The notes: a model not told the origin generated them from the sequence alone. A stretch of 64,000 bases of DNA from Escherichia coli (GCF_024700885.2 NZ_CP117016.1); one strand, 5' to 3'. Shown: positions 40,118 through 52,652, counted from the stretch's first letter. A program made the numbers and translations.

Positions 40118-41323
40118 TTAACCGGCAAAAATCGGCAACATTAAATACAGCTTAATCACCAGCGCGTTAACGATATCAATAAAGAACGCACCGACCATCG
40201 GCACTACCAGGAACGCCATGTGCGACGGGCCAAAACGTTCAGTGATCGCCTGCATGTTGGCGATTGCCGTTGGCGTTGCACCGAGGCCAAAACCACAATG
40301 ACCCGCAGCCAGCACCGCCGCATCGTAGTTTTTGCCCATCATGCGCCAGGTAACGAAGATGGCATACAACGCCATGAAGATGGTCTGTACCACCAGAATC
40401 GCCAGCATCGGCAGCGCCAGCGAAGCCAGCTCCCATAGTTTCAGCCCCATCAGCGCCATCGCCAGGAACAACGACAGGCTTACGTTACCCAGCACGGATA
40501 CCGCACGCTCAAAGACGCGGTAAAAGCCCATCATTGACAGACCGTTGCTCAGAATCACGCCAACAAACAGGACACAGACGAAGGTCGGCAGTTCAAAAGC
40601 AGTGCCAGCCAAAAGTTGTGCAACAATTTTCCCCACCGTCAGGCAGATAGCAATCAGCGCGATAGTTTCAATCAGCACCAGCGAGGTGATCATGCGGCCC
40701 ACATCCGGCTTTTCGAACGCCGTCGGGACTTCCTGGTCATCCGGAATACCGTTCGGCGTGGTGGAGTGTTTCACCAGATAGCGCGCTACCGGACCGCCAA
40801 TCAAGCCGCCCAGCACCAGACCAAACGTCGCACAGGCCATCGCCACTTCCGTCGCATTGGTGAAGCCATAGCGTTCAATGAACAATTTACTCCACGCAGC
40901 GCCCGTACCGTGACCGCCGGAAAGCGTAATAGAACCGGCCAACAGCCCCATCAGCGGATCAAGCCCTAACAGGCTAGCCATACCAATGCCAATGGCATTT
41001 TGCATCACCAACAGACCAACAACCACAATCAAGAAGATGCCAACCACACGCCCACCGGCACGCAAACTGGCAATGTTGGCGTTCAGGCCAATGGTGGCGA
41101 AGAAAGCCAGCATTAACGGATCGCGCAGGGACATATCAAAGTTGACTTCCCAGCCCATGCTTTTTTTCAGTACCAGTAGCGCCAGCGCCACCAACAAACC
41201 ACCTGCAACTGGTTCCGGTATGGTGTATTTCTTCAAAAAGGAGACGGAATGGACCAACTTACGCCCGAGCAGCAACGTCAGCGTTGCGGCAACAAGCGTT
41301 GCTAAAGTATCGAGATGAAACAT
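40118..41323 (-). CDS. gltS: sodium/glutamate symporter
   Basis: 401-aa polytopic membrane ORF matching GltS. Confidence 0.93.
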   Translation of the reverse strand: MFHLDTLATLVAATLTLLLGRKLVHSVSFLKKYTIPEPVAGGLLVALALLVLKKSMGWEVNFDMSLRDPLMLAFFATIGLNANIASLRAGGRVVGIFLIVVVGLLVMQNAIGIGMASLLGLDPLMGLLAGSITLSGGHGTGAAWSKLFIERYGFTNATEVAMACATFGLVLGGLIGGPVARYLVKHSTTPNGIPDDQEVPTAFEKPDVGRMITSLVLIETIALIAICLTVGKIVAQLLAGTAFELPTFVCVLFVGVILSNGLSMMGFYRVFERAVSVLGNVSLSLFLAMALMGLKLWELASLALPMLAILVVQTIFMALYAIFVTWRMMGKNYDAAVLAAGHCGFGLGATPTAIANMQAITERFGPSHMAFLVVPMVGAFFIDIVNALVIKLYLMLPIFAG

Positions 41324-41601
41324 AGTTACTCCTTTGTATCCGCATCACTCTTTCATACTCGTCATACTTCATCGCGCAGTGGCAACTTATGAACTATGAC
41401 GGGTATCGAGTTATGCTTTCCTGGGTCAAATTCTCAGCTGTTAATGAACAAATGGCATGGATTTTAAGCAGAAAAATACCAAAAGTTATATAAAAAAGTG
41501 CATTTATCTCATTTAAATATTTAGATGAGGATGTGGCAAACGTTTGCTTTTCTCTTTCGGTCAGCTAAAATGCCCGCTTTGCTACCACGGGATTGTTTTC
41601 G

Positions 41602-42993
41602 ATGTCTGTTTCCACCCTCGAGTCAGAAAATGCGCAACCGGTTGCGCAGACTCAAAACAGCGAACTGATTTACCGTCTTGAAGATCGTCCGCCGCTTCCT
41701 CAAACTCTGTTTGCCGCCTGTCAGCATCTGCTGGCGATGTTCGTTGCGGTGATCACGCCAGCGCTATTAATCTGCCAGGCGCTGGGTTTACCGGCACAAG
41801 ACACGCAACACATTATTAGTATGTCGCTGTTTGCCTCCGGTGTGGCATCGATTATTCAAATTAAGGCCTGGGGTCCGGTTGGCTCCGGGCTGTTGTCTAT
41901 TCAGGGCACCAGCTTTAACTTTGTTGCCCCGCTGATTATGGGCGGTACCGCGCTGAAAACCGGTGGTGCTGATGTTCCTACCATGATGGCGGCTTTGTTC
42001 GGCACGTTGATGCTGGCAAGTTGCACTGAGATGGTGATCTCCCGCGTTCTGCATCTGGCGCGCCGCATTATTACGCCGCTAGTTTCTGGCGTTGTGGTGA
42101 TGATTATCGGCCTGTCGCTAATTCAGGTTGGGTTAACGTCCATTGGCGGCGGTTACGCAGCCATGAGCGATAACACCTTCGGCGCACCGAAAAATCTGCT
42201 GCTGGCGGGCGTGGTCTTAGCCTTAATTATCCTGCTTAACCGTCAGCGTAACCCATATTTGCGCGTGGCCTCACTGGTGATTGCGATGGCGGCCGGATAT
42301 GCGCTGGCGTGGTTTATGGGCATGTTGCCAGAAAGCAACGAACCGATGACGCAAGAACTGATTATGGTACCAACGCCGCTCTATTACGGTCTTGGCATCG
42401 AATGGAGTCTGCTGCTACCCCTGATGCTGGTCTTTATGATCACTTCACTGGAAACCATTGGCGATATCACGGCGACCTCTGACGTTTCCGAACAGCCAGT
42501 GTCCGGTCCGCTGTACATGAAACGCCTGAAAGGCGGCGTGCTAGCAAACGGCCTGAACTCGTTTGTTTCGGCGGTGTTTAACACCTTCCCGAACTCCTGC
42601 TTCGGGCAGAACAACGGAGTGATCCAGTTGACCGGGGTTGCCAGCCGCTATGTCGGTTTTGTCGTCGCGCTGATGTTGATCGTGCTGGGTCTGTTCCCGG
42701 CAGTGAGCGGTTTTGTACAACATATTCCAGAACCGGTTCTGGGCGGCGCAACGCTTGTAATGTTTGGCACCATCGCCGCCTCCGGTGTGCGCATTGTGTC
42801 TCGTGAGCCGCTGAACCGTCGGGCGATTCTGATTATCGCGCTGTCGCTGGCGGTCGGTCTGGGCGTGTCTCAGCAGCCGCTGATTTTGCAGTTTGCCCCT
42901 GAATGGCTGAAAAACCTGCTCTCCTCCGGGATCGCCGCGGGCGGTATTACTGCCATCGTGCTGAATCTGATTTTCCCACCAGAAAAACAGTAA
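41602..42993 (+). CDS. xanP: xanthine permease (NCS2 family)
   Basis: 463-aa product from [16 protein letters not shown]. Confidence 0.92.
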
Positions 42994-43113
42994 TTCACTG
43001 GCGGCGGTAAGATAATTACCGCCGCAGTCTCACCTCTTTCACCATTCCCGCCTTGAGGATTGCGCGTAAATCGTGCATAACTCCCTTATGTGCATTTCAC
43101 GGGATGGAAGACC

Positions 43114-44823
43114 ATGAAATTTATTGGGAAGCTGCTTCTCTACATTTTCATCGCTCTGTTAGTGGTGATCGCTGGCCTCTATTTTCTTCTGCAAACCCGC
43201 TGGGGAGCAGAACATATCAGCGCATGGGTTTCCGAGAATAGCGACTATCATCTGGCCTTCGGGGCGATGGATCACCGTTTTTCCGCGCCATCTCATATCG
43301 TGCTGGAGAACGTCACGTTCGGCCGTGATGGCCAGCCCGCGACCCTGGTGGCAAAAAGTGTCGACATTGCGCTAAGCAGTCGGCAACTGACCGAACCACG
43401 CCATGTCGATACCATCCTGCTGGAAAACGGGACGCTGAATCTCACCGACCAGACCGCGCCGCTACCGTTCAAAGCCGATCGTCTGCAACTGCGTGATATG
43501 GCGTTTAATAGCCCGAATAGCGAATGGAAACTGAGCGCGCAGCGGGTAAATGGCGGCGTAGTTCCGTGGTCACCAAAAGCCGGTAAAGTGCTGGGTACGA
43601 AGGCGCAGATTCAGTTTAGTGCCGGATCGCTTTCGCTCAATGATGTTCCTGCCACCAATGTACTGATTGAAGGCAGTATTGATAACGATCGCGTTACGCT
43701 GACTAACCTGGGTGCCGACATCGCCCGCGGGACATTAACCGGAAACGCGCAGCGTAACGCCGACGGCAGCTGGCAAGTGGAAAACCTGCGCATGGCGGAT
43801 ATACGTCTACAAAGCGAAAAATCGCTAACCGACTTCTTTGCGCCATTACGCTCTGTCCCGTCGTTGCAGATTGGTCGCCTGGAAGTGATCGATGCTCGTT
43901 TGCAAGGTCCGGACTGGGCGGTGACCGACCTCGATCTCAGCTTGCGCAACATGACCTTCAGTAAAGATGACTGGCAGACACAGGAAGGCAAACTGTCGAT
44001 GAACGCTAGCGAGTTCATTTATGGTTCGCTGCATTTATTTGACCCGATTATAAACGCGGAATTTTCCCCGCAGGGTGTAGCACTGCGTCAGTTCACCAGC
44101 CGCTGGGAAGGGGGCATGGTCAGAACGTCAGGGAACTGGCTGCGCAACGGGAAAACGTTGATCCTTGATGATGCGGCAATCGCCGGACTGGAATATACCT
44201 TGCCAAAAAACTGGCAACAATTGTGGATGGAAACGACACCGGGTTGGTTAAACAGCCTGCAACTGAAGAGATTTAGCGCCAGCCGCAATCTGATCATTGA
44301 TATCGACCCTGACTTCCCGTGGCAGCTCACCGCGCTCGATGGTTACGGTGCCAACCTGACGCTGGTTACCGATCATAAATGGGGCGTCTGGAGTGGTTCG
44401 GCGAATCTGAATGCCGCCGCCGCGACATTCAATCGTGTTGATGTTCGTCGCCCATCGCTGGCGCTGACCGCCAACAGCAGCACGGTGAATATCAGCGAAC
44501 TGAGTGCATTTACTGAAAAAGGCATTCTGGAAGCCACCGCCAGTGTTTCACAGACGCCACAACGTCAGACCCATATCAGCCTGAATGGACGCGGTGTGCC
44601 GGTGAATATTTTGCAACAGTGGGGATGGCCTGAATTACCGTTGACTGGCGACGGCAATATTCAGCTTACCGCCAGCGGCGATATTCAGGCCAATATCCCG
44701 CTGAAACCTACGGTTAGCGGGCAACTCCATGCGGTTAACGCCGAAAAACATCAAGTGACCCAAACCATGAATGCGGGCGTCGTTTCCAGTAGCGAAGTTA
44801 CATCGACAGAGCCGGTGCAGTAA
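43114..44823 (+). CDS. yicH: AsmA-family protein YicH
   Basis: 569-aa product from MKFIGKLLLYIFIALLVV with N-terminal TM anchor. Confidence 0.9.
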   Translation: MKFIGKLLLYIFIALLVVIAGLYFLLQTRWGAEHISAWVSENSDYHLAFGAMDHRFSAPSHIVLENVTFGRDGQPATLVAKSVDIALSSRQLTEPRHVDTILLENGTLNLTDQTAPLPFKADRLQLRDMAFNSPNSEWKLSAQRVNGGVVPWSPKAGKVLGTKAQIQFSAGSLSLNDVPATNVLIEGSIDNDRVTLTNLGADIARGTLTGNAQRNADGSWQVENLRMADIRLQSEKSLTDFFAPLRSVPSLQIGRLEVIDARLQGPDWAVTDLDLSLRNMTFSKDDWQTQEGKLSMNASEFIYGSLHLFDPIINAEFSPQGVALRQFTSRWEGGMVRTSGNWLRNGKTLILDDAAIAGLEYTLPKNWQQLWMETTPGWLNSLQLKRFSASRNLIIDIDPDFPWQLTALDGYGANLTLVTDHKWGVWSGSANLNAAAATFNRVDVRRPSLALTANSSTVNISELSAFTEKGILEATASVSQTPQRQTHISLNGRGVPVNILQQWGWPELPLTGDGNIQLTASGDIQANIPLKPTVSGQLHAVNAEKHQVTQTMNAGVVSSSEVTSTEPVQ

Positions 44824-44875
44824 AAATCAATCTCGCCGGGTACGACTCAGACGTACCCGGCATTCCATCAATAGA

Positions 44876-47194
44876 TTACAACATAATTGTCAGCGCATTC
44901 CCTTGAGGCGTCACCACCAGCCCCTGCTCACTTTCAGCCTGCGAACCGCCTTGCAGACCATTTACTTTCACAATATTGCGCAAGCACAGTGTCCAGTTCT
45001 TCGCCTCACCCGCACCAGTCACAGTAATCGTGTTACCAGTACGTGTTGCTTTTAGAGTAAAGATCACCGAACCGTCAGCAGCGGGCACTTCACAGACGGC
45101 TTCATGCCCGTCTTGCAGATTAAAGAGGTGGAATGCCGTGCCTTCGTGCCACGCGTAATCGGGACGTTGATCGTTGTTGCCCAGCGCCAGTAGGGTGTTA
45201 TCACGCACATAAACGGGCAGACTCAGAAAGCCGTGCTGCTGTTTATGCCAGCGACTACCGTCGAGTTCATCGTTGTGCCACAGGTGTGTCCAGCGACCTT
45301 CCGGCAGGTAGAACTGCACATCGCCCGCTTCAGTGAACACCGGCGCAACCATCACGTTGTCGCCTAACATGTATTGACGGTCAAGGTAATCACAAGCCGG
45401 ATCGTCCGGGAACTCCATCATCATGGCCCGCATCATCGGCGTACCCCGCGCGTTCGCACGAGCAGCTTCACGATACAGATACGGCATCATGCGGCATTTC
45501 AGTTGCGTGAAGAAGCGCACCACATCACAGGACTCATCATCATAGGCCCACGGCACACGATAAGATTTGCTGCCATGTAAACGGCTATGGCTGGAGAGCA
45601 AACCAAACGCGCACCAGCGTTTGTAAACGTGCGCCGGAGCGGTATTCTCAAAGCCGCCGATATCGTGGCTCCAGAAACCAAAACCTGAAAGGCCAATAGA
45701 CAAACCACCGCGCAGGCTTTCCGCCATTGATTCGTAGTTAGCGTAACAGTCACCACCCCAGTGTACCGGGAATTTCTGCGCACCAACGGAGGCCGAGCGA
45801 GCAAACAAGACGGCTTCTTCCTCGCCAACGGTTTCCTTGAGCACTTTCCACACCAGTTCGTTGTAGATGTACGCATAATGGTTATGCATTTTCTGCGGAT
45901 CGGAACCGTCAAACCACTGAACATCGGTTGGAATACGTTCGCCAAAGTCGGTCTTAAAGCAATCAACGCCCATCGCGACCAGACCTTTCAGTTTGTCGGC
46001 GTACCATTTGCAGGCATCCGGATTGGTAAAGTCATAAATCGCCAGACCTGGCTGCCATTTATCCCACTGCCATAACGAACCGTCCGGGCGTTTGAGTAAA
46101 TAGCCTTTCTCTTGCAACTCTTTAAAGACAGGGGATTTTTGCCCGATATAGGGGTTAATCCAGACGCAGATTTTTAGCCCTTTCGCTTTCAGGCGGCGGA
46201 TCATCCCTTCCGGGTCCGGGAAAGTCAGCGGGTCCCACTCAAAATCGCACCACTGGAAGGCTTTCATCCAGAAACAGTCAAAGTGAAAAACATGCAGTGG
46301 CAGATTGCGTCCCGCCATACCATCGATAAAGCTGTTTACCGTCGCTTCGTCGTAGTTGGTGGTAAATGAAGTGGTTAGCCACAGGCCGAAGGACCACGCG
46401 GGCGGCAGCGCCGGACGACCAGTAAAACGGGTATAACGATCAAGTACCGCTTTCGGCGTCGGGCCGTCGATAACAAAGTATTCGAGATATTCACTCTCAA
46501 CGCTGAACTGCACTTTGGAGACTTTCTCCGATCCCACTTCAAAAGAGACGCATTGAGGATGATTGACCAGTACCCCATAGCCACGGTTAGTCATATAGAA
46601 CGGGATATTTTTATACGCCTGTTCAGTACTTGTGCCGCCGTCCCGGTTCCAGGTCTCTACCGTCTGGCCATTGCGCACCAGGGCAGTAAAGCGCTCTCCC
46701 AGACCGTAAACTGTTTCGCCAACGCCAAGATCCAGCCGCTCAAACATATAATTTCGCTGATTATTCGTGTCCTGCACGTAGCCATTATTTTTCACCTGAC
46801 TACCGGTAATACGTTCGCCGTTACGCAGAAAATCCAGTGACCAGAACTCACCTTTGCTGACTCGCGCACTTAAGTTGCCACTTTTAAACTCAGCGTAACG
46901 TTCTGTGTTTTCGATTGTGACCTTCACGTCCTGCAAAATATTGAGCGGGTAATGAGGACCGTTATTCAGCGCCCCCTGAAAATGCTCAATCCGTACACCG
47001 ACAATACCTTCCTGTGGGGAGAAAAAGCGCAGCGTAAATAAAGGCGTATCAAGCTGCCAGGTACGTTCACGCACATCACGGGGGGCAGCATAGACCACCA
47101 TTTCATTACCCTGCTGTTCAACCTCGAACACCTGAAGCGGGTGAATCAAATTGAGGCCAGGTTGAATCAACCAGTTTCCGTCGCTAATTTTCAT
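44876..47194 (-). CDS. yicI: alpha-xylosidase (GH31)
   Basis: 772-aa ORF matching YicI. Confidence 0.93.
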   Translation of the reverse strand: MKISDGNWLIQPGLNLIHPLQVFEVEQQGNEMVVYAAPRDVRERTWQLDTPLFTLRFFSPQEGIVGVRIEHFQGALNNGPHYPLNILQDVKVTIENTERYAEFKSGNLSARVSKGEFWSLDFLRNGERITGSQVKNNGYVQDTNNQRNYMFERLDLGVGETVYGLGERFTALVRNGQTVETWNRDGGTSTEQAYKNIPFYMTNRGYGVLVNHPQCVSFEVGSEKVSKVQFSVESEYLEYFVIDGPTPKAVLDRYTRFTGRPALPPAWSFGLWLTTSFTTNYDEATVNSFIDGMAGRNLPLHVFHFDCFWMKAFQWCDFEWDPLTFPDPEGMIRRLKAKGLKICVWINPYIGQKSPVFKELQEKGYLLKRPDGSLWQWDKWQPGLAIYDFTNPDACKWYADKLKGLVAMGVDCFKTDFGERIPTDVQWFDGSDPQKMHNHYAYIYNELVWKVLKETVGEEEAVLFARSASVGAQKFPVHWGGDCYANYESMAESLRGGLSIGLSGFGFWSHDIGGFENTAPAHVYKRWCAFGLLSSHSRLHGSKSYRVPWAYDDESCDVVRFFTQLKCRMMPYLYREAARANARGTPMMRAMMMEFPDDPACDYLDRQYMLGDNVMVAPVFTEAGDVQFYLPEGRWTHLWHNDELDGSRWHKQQHGFLSLPVYVRDNTLLALGNNDQRPDYAWHEGTAFHLFNLQDGHEAVCEVPAADGSVIFTLKATRTGNTITVTGAGEAKNWTLCLRNIVKVNGLQGGSQAESEQGLVVTPQGNALTIML

Positions 47195-47203
47195 TGCCTT
47201 TCC

Positions 47204-48586
47204 TTAATTCTGCACTTCTTGAGAGGCGAATTGTTGCTGGCAACGGCGTTTGCCCTGGGCCAGCTGTTCCATAACGGTTTTCAGATTGTGCGTCGTGAGT
47301 GAGTAGTAGCGTTTAGCGATAATCGCGCTCAGCAAATAACAGATCGCTGGAACAATCGTGAATAGCGCAATAATGATGCTAATCGTGGCGCTGTTCTGCG
47401 CTTTTTCTGCCGCATCATATCCGCCATAAGCCAGCATCCAGCCGATAAGAGCGCCGCCGAAGGCCAACCCCAGTTTGAGCACAAACAGCGTGCCAGCAAA
47501 ACTGATCCCGGTCAGGCGTTTACCATTGCACCACTCGCCGTAGTCGACGGTATCGGACATCATTACCCACTGGATAGGTGTCACCAGTTGATGCAACACA
47601 CCAATCACGAAGATGAAGACAAACATGGTGATGCTGGCCTGCATAGGAACAAAGAACATCGCGAGGCTAATCACTGCCAGCAGGGCGTTCGTCCACCAGA
47701 AGATAGTGACTTTACATTTCCAGTCGGTCAGCGGTTTTGCCAGAGCGGAACCAATCAGGTTACCCACGCAATAAGTGGTGAGAAAAGCGACAAACACTTC
47801 CGGCGTACCCAAAATCCATGTGACGTAATACATCATCGCTCCACCGCGTACGCACACCGCCAGGATATTGAAAATGGTTAGTAAACCGACAATCCGCCAC
47901 TGGTCGTTTTGCCAGATATCACGTAAATCTTCCCGCATAGACGTCGTTGTAGGTGGTGCTTCAACGCGTTCTTTAGTGGTGAAGAAACAAAATGCCAGCA
48001 TCATAAATGCCACCACAGAAAGGACCGCGATACCGCCCTGGAAACCGAGTGGTTTATTATCACCACCAATTAAATTAACCAGCGGCATCATCAGCACAGT
48101 AGAGAGCATGCCTCCCGCGGTCGCCAGCACAAAACGCCAGGATTGCAGCGAGATACGCTGAGTCGGGTCATTGGTGATTACACCACCCAATGCGCAGTAA
48201 GGGATATTAACGATGGTATAAAGTAAGGTAAGTAGGGTGTAAGTAATTGCTGCATAAATCATTTTTCCGTTCATACTGAGATCTGGCGTGCTATAGGCCA
48301 GTACACAGACGATCCCAAATGGCAGTGCGCCAAACAGTACCCACGGACGAAATTTACCCCAGCGAGAGCGCGTTCGATCGGCCAACAACCCCATGCAAGG
48401 ATCGGAAATCGCATCCAGTGCACGAGCGACCAAAAACATGGTTCCGACAAATCCGGCAGGAATGCCAAAAATATCGGTATAAAAGAACATCATATATAAC
48501 ATTACGTTATCGAAAATAATGTGGCTGGCGGCGTCTCCCATGCCATAACCAATTTTCTCTTTAACGGACAACACTTCACTCTTCAT
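47204..48586 (-). CDS. yicJ: GPH-family sugar:cation symporter YicJ
   Basis: 460-aa product from MKSEVLSVKEKIGYGMGDAASH; operon partner of yicI. Confidence 0.9.
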   Translation of the reverse strand: MKSEVLSVKEKIGYGMGDAASHIIFDNVMLYMMFFYTDIFGIPAGFVGTMFLVARALDAISDPCMGLLADRTRSRWGKFRPWVLFGALPFGIVCVLAYSTPDLSMNGKMIYAAITYTLLTLLYTIVNIPYCALGGVITNDPTQRISLQSWRFVLATAGGMLSTVLMMPLVNLIGGDNKPLGFQGGIAVLSVVAFMMLAFCFFTTKERVEAPPTTTSMREDLRDIWQNDQWRIVGLLTIFNILAVCVRGGAMMYYVTWILGTPEVFVAFLTTYCVGNLIGSALAKPLTDWKCKVTIFWWTNALLAVISLAMFFVPMQASITMFVFIFVIGVLHQLVTPIQWVMMSDTVDYGEWCNGKRLTGISFAGTLFVLKLGLAFGGALIGWMLAYGGYDAAEKAQNSATISIIIALFTIVPAICYLLSAIIAKRYYSLTTHNLKTVMEQLAQGKRRCQQQFASQEVQN

Positions 48587-48878
48587 CTGCTTTTCCTTGA
48601 TGCTATAGGGGTGCTGAGACCGATAACGCATTTTGTAAACCATCCCTGTGAGAGCGAATATTCCGATATCTGGTTATTAATTTATGATTCTTGTTTTATG
48701 TGATCGTGGTAGCGTTAATTCCGCTCATATATCATTGTAAAATATGGATTTTATATGAATTATAATGCTTTCGTGATAATACGCTGCGTGTATTAGGCGG
48801 AAAAAACTGATCTGGGGGATGTAGAAACTCAAGGAAGTAGCTATAATGCGCCCCGCCTCCATGTAGCAATCGAGGCGC

Positions 48879-48973
48879 GGAAGATCGTCGTCTCCGGTGA
48901 GGCGGCTGGACTTCAAATCCAGTTGGGGCCGCCAGCGGTCCCGGGCAGGTTCGACTCCTGTGATCTTCCGCCA
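48879..48973 (+). tRNA. selC: tRNA-Sec (selenocysteine, UCA anticodon), 95 nt including CCA
   Basis: Sequence GGAAGATCGTCGTCTCCGGTGAGGCGGCTGGACTTCAAATCCAGTTGGGGCCGCCAGCGGTCCCGGGCAGGTTCGACTCCTGTGATCTTCCGCCA read directly; long extra arm and 8-bp acceptor stem typical of tRNA-Sec. Confidence 0.97.
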
Positions 48974-49611
48974 AAATGCCTCTTCATACGTTCTCCAACC
49001 CCTTGTAATACTGTCAATCCAGAGATTTTCTATCTGCTCAATATTCAATCGGCTTCAGGAATACCTGATCAAAGGATTTGTGATGGACGATGAGCGACAG
49101 AAGAATCCGCCTGTCGGTTCTTCTGTCCTCGAACGCATCCGCGATATTCGCGCCAGCATGCGCCGTGTTTATTTGCAGGTGATTTGCCCCCTGCTGACTC
49201 TCAGCCAACTGTATCGCCATTAAGGTGAAGATGTTGTTTTACACGCCCCAGAACACCCTTTTTTTATACGATGATTCTATTCCTTTAACCGCTGGCGAAA
49301 AAAACTGACCTATAAACTTCACCAATAATCAGACTGCCATCAAGATTAATTTGTTCATTTAATATATCAAATAAACTTGTTTTATTTTTACTATCAAAAA
49401 TAGCTCATTGCCTTACTATAATTAATATATAAATTCGGTAATTAATTCTTAACATGCTTTTGCTAATAATCTCAATTGCTGGCCCTATAATATTGCGCTA
49501 GCATTGCTTTCTGGTTGTATCAGCGATACTCAAAAATTCTTAATATAATACTCATTCGACTGGTACTTATTTGTAACTCAGTTATATTTTGTCGCCCGGT
49601 GATTCAGAAGA

Positions 49612-50796
49612 ATGCAAAAAACGGCTACCACTCCATCAAAAATACTTGATCTCACTGCCGCGGCATTTTTACTTGTCGCCTTTCTGACTGGTATTGCGGG
49701 CGCTCTCCAGACTCCCACCCTAAGTATATTCCTCGCAGATGAACTGAAAGCCCGTCCTATAATGGTAGGTTTTTTCTTCACCGGTAGCGCTATTATGGGA
49801 ATTCTGGTCAGTCAATTTCTGGCAAGGCACTCCGATAAACAAGGCGACCGTAAATTACTGATCCTGCTATGTTGCTTATTTGGAGTGCTGGCCTGCACGC
49901 TTTTTGCGTGGAATCGCAACTACTTCATTCTCCTCTCTACGGGCGTACTTCTGAGTAGTTTTGCTTCCACTGCAAACCCGCAAATGTTCGCCCTCGCCCG
50001 TGAACACGCCGACAGAACAGGTCGTGAGACGGTCATGTTCAGTACATTTTTACGTGCTCAGATCTCGCTTGCCTGGGTTATCGGGCCACCGCTCGCTTAT
50101 GAGCTGGCAATGGGATTTAGTTTTAAAGTGATGTATCTCACCGCTGCCATCGCATTTGTTATTTGCGGGCTGATAGTCTGGTTGTTTTTGCCATCAATAC
50201 AAAGAAATATTCCTGTCGTTACCCAACCCGTAGAAATTTTACCCTCCATCCATAGAAAGCGGGATACACGGCTACTTTTTGTGGTCTGTTCAATGATGTG
50301 GGCGGCGAATAATCTCTACATGATAAATATGCCGCTATTTATTATTGATGAACTGCATCTAACCGATAAACTGGCTGGAGAAATGATTGGTATCGCTGCC
50401 GGTCTGGAAATTCCGATGATGTTAATCGCAGGCTATTACATGAAACGTATTGGCAAGCGACTATTAATGCTCATTGCTATCGTGAGTGGTATGTGTTTTT
50501 ACGCCAGCGTACTCATGGCGACGACTCCGGCAGTAGAGCTGGAATTGCAAATTCTAAATGCCATCTTCCTTGGTATTCTCTGTGGTATCGGCATGCTTTA
50601 TTTTCAGGACCTGATGCCTGAAAAAATAGGTTCTGCGACAACATTATATGCAAATACCTCACGCGTCGGCTGGATTATCGCCGGCTCTGTTGACGGAATT
50701 ATGGTTGAAATCTGGAGCTACCACGCGTTGTTCTGGCTGGCGATAGGTATGTTGGGTATTGCGATGATTTGCCTGCTGTTTATTAAAGATATTTAG
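49612..50796 (+). CDS. setC: sugar efflux transporter C (MFS)
   Basis: 394-aa MFS ORF matching SetC/YicK; preceded by a long, very AT-rich leader. Confidence 0.9.
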   Translation: MQKTATTPSKILDLTAAAFLLVAFLTGIAGALQTPTLSIFLADELKARPIMVGFFFTGSAIMGILVSQFLARHSDKQGDRKLLILLCCLFGVLACTLFAWNRNYFILLSTGVLLSSFASTANPQMFALAREHADRTGRETVMFSTFLRAQISLAWVIGPPLAYELAMGFSFKVMYLTAAIAFVICGLIVWLFLPSIQRNIPVVTQPVEILPSIHRKRDTRLLFVVCSMMWAANNLYMINMPLFIIDELHLTDKLAGEMIGIAAGLEIPMMLIAGYYMKRIGKRLLMLIAIVSGMCFYASVLMATTPAVELELQILNAIFLGILCGIGMLYFQDLMPEKIGSATTLYANTSRVGWIIAGSVDGIMVEIWSYHALFWLAIGMLGIAMICLLFIKDI

Positions 50797-50906
50797 CTCA
50801 CCTGTCTGGGCTAAGAAAAATCGGCGTGGCGCAAACAGAGCCATCCTCGCCATTTTTGCTATCATGCCTGCATACATAAACGACAAAACAGTATGCAGAG
50901 GGAAAA

Positions 50907-51830
50907 ATGGGTTCCACCAGAAAGGGGATGCTGAACGTTCTGATTGCCGCCGTGTTGTGGGGAAGTTCAGGGGTCTGCGCGCAATACATCATGGAGCAAA
51001 GCCAGATGTCGTCGCAGTTTTTGACTATGACGCGTTTGATATTCGCCGGTTTGATTCTGCTGACGCTGTCATTTGTTCATGGCGATAAAATCTTTTCTAT
51101 TATTAACAATCACAAAGATGCCATTAGTCTGCTGATTTTTTCCGTGGTTGGCGCGCTAACCGTACAGCTCACTTTTTTGCTAACCATTGAAAAATCGAAT
51201 GCTGCCACGGCAACGGTGCTGCAATTCCTCTCACCGACGATTATCGTCGCCTGGTTCTCACTGGTGCGTAAATCTCGCCCGGGCATTCTGGTTTTCTGCG
51301 CTATTTTGACATCGCTGATCGGGACTTTTTTATTGGTGACACACGGTAATCCGACGTCATTATCGATCTCTCCTGCCGCGTTATTCTGGGGCATTGCCTC
51401 GGCATTTGCTGCTGCATTCTATACCACCTATCCCTCAACGCTGATTGCCCGCTATGGCACGTTACCGGTCGTCGGCTGGAGTATGCTGATCGGTGGTCTG
51501 ATCCTGCTGCCCTTCTATGCCGGGCAAGGAACAAACTTCGTGGTTAATGGCAGCCTGATTCTGGCGTTTTTCTATCTGGTGGTAATCGGAACTTCGCTAA
51601 CCTTTAGTCTATATCTGAAAGGCGCACAGCTCATTGGCGGTCCAAAAGCCAGCATTCTGAGCTGTGCAGAACCATTAAGTAGCGCGCTGCTCTCTTTGCT
51701 GTTGCTGGGGATCACGTTCACATTGCCGGACTGGCTGGGAACGCTGCTGATTCTGTCATCGGTGATTTTGATTTCAATGGATTCTCGTCGCCGCGCCAGA
51801 AAAATAAATCGTCCGGCGCGGCATGAGTGA
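50907..51830 (+). CDS. yicL: EamA/DMT-family transporter YicL
   Basis: 307-aa ORF with 10 predicted TM segments. Confidence 0.9.
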   Translation: MGSTRKGMLNVLIAAVLWGSSGVCAQYIMEQSQMSSQFLTMTRLIFAGLILLTLSFVHGDKIFSIINNHKDAISLLIFSVVGALTVQLTFLLTIEKSNAATATVLQFLSPTIIVAWFSLVRKSRPGILVFCAILTSLIGTFLLVTHGNPTSLSISPAALFWGIASAFAAAFYTTYPSTLIARYGTLPVVGWSMLIGGLILLPFYAGQGTNFVVNGSLILAFFYLVVIGTSLTFSLYLKGAQLIGGPKASILSCAEPLSSALLSLLLLGITFTLPDWLGTLLILSSVILISMDSRRRARKINRPARHE

Positions 51831-51833
51831 GAA

Positions 51834-52652
51834 TTACCAGCCAGGCACCGCGCCACCGTTAAAGATGGTTTCTGCCGCTTTAGCGACTTCGGGCGATTGA
51901 TAAGATTGCAGAAATTCCTTCACGTTTTCTGCATTCTTATTATCTTCCCGTGCCACCAAAATATTCACATACGGCGAATTTTTATCTTCAATAAATACGC
52001 TGTCGTGCACTGGAGAAAGCCCGGTCTGCTGAATGTAAGTGGTGCTGATAATTGCCACATCAACTTTGGGATCATCCAGTACGCGCGGGAGCTGCGCCCC
52101 CTCGAGTTCCATAATCTGCAAATGACGAGGATTATCGGTTATATCCAGCGCGGTAGGTAATAACCCTTTTCCCTCTTTCAGAGTAATTAGCTTCTCTTTT
52201 TGCAACAGTAAAAGCGCGCGACCAAGGTTGGTTGGGTCGTTGGGGATCGCCACTGTCGCGCCTTCTTTTATTTGCGCCACAGTTTTGATTTTTTTGGAAT
52301 AACCCGCCATGGGGAAGACAAACGTATTTCCCACCGCTACCAGTTTATAACCATGCGCCTGATTATCTTGTTCAAGAAAGGGGCGATGCTGGAAGACGTT
52401 CGCATCAAGCTCGCCATGATTTGTCGCATCGTTCGGTAACAACGAACCGCTAAATCCTACCAATTCAACATCGAGGCCATATTTCTCTTTTGCCACCTTT
52501 TTAGCGACTTCCGCGACATCTTGTTCTGCGCCATTAATAACGCCCACTTTAATGTGCTTTTCATCGCTGCTGCTCTGGTCGCAACCTGCCAGCAGAATTC
52601 CTGCCAGTAATAATGCGGCCCCCGCCCGTAGATGATGTGTTGTCAGTTTCAC
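51834..52652 (-). CDS. nlpA: lipoprotein 28 (NlpA/MetQ family)
   Basis: 272-aa ORF with lipobox (LLAGC) matching NlpA. Confidence 0.93.
   Translation of the reverse strand: MKLTTHHLRAGAALLLAGILLAGCDQSSSDEKHIKVGVINGAEQDVAEVAKKVAKEKYGLDVELVGFSGSLLPNDATNHGELDANVFQHRPFLEQDNQAHGYKLVAVGNTFVFPMAGYSKKIKTVAQIKEGATVAIPNDPTNLGRALLLLQKEKLITLKEGKGLLPTALDITDNPRHLQIMELEGAQLPRVLDDPKVDVAIISTTYIQQTGLSPVHDSVFIEDKNSPYVNILVAREDNKNAENVKEFLQSYQSPEVAKAAETIFNGGAVPGW

Noticed and set aside
48725-49223. Short ORFs (60-108 aa) overlapping or flanking selC
   Set aside because: Overlap the tRNA-Sec gene or lie in AT-rich promoter DNA; no SD or family resemblance.
48974-49611. Looked for a P4-type integrase or direct repeat of the selC 3' end immediately downstream of selC
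   Set aside because: None seen by eye; setC follows directly, so the selC attachment site itself appears unoccupied in this window.
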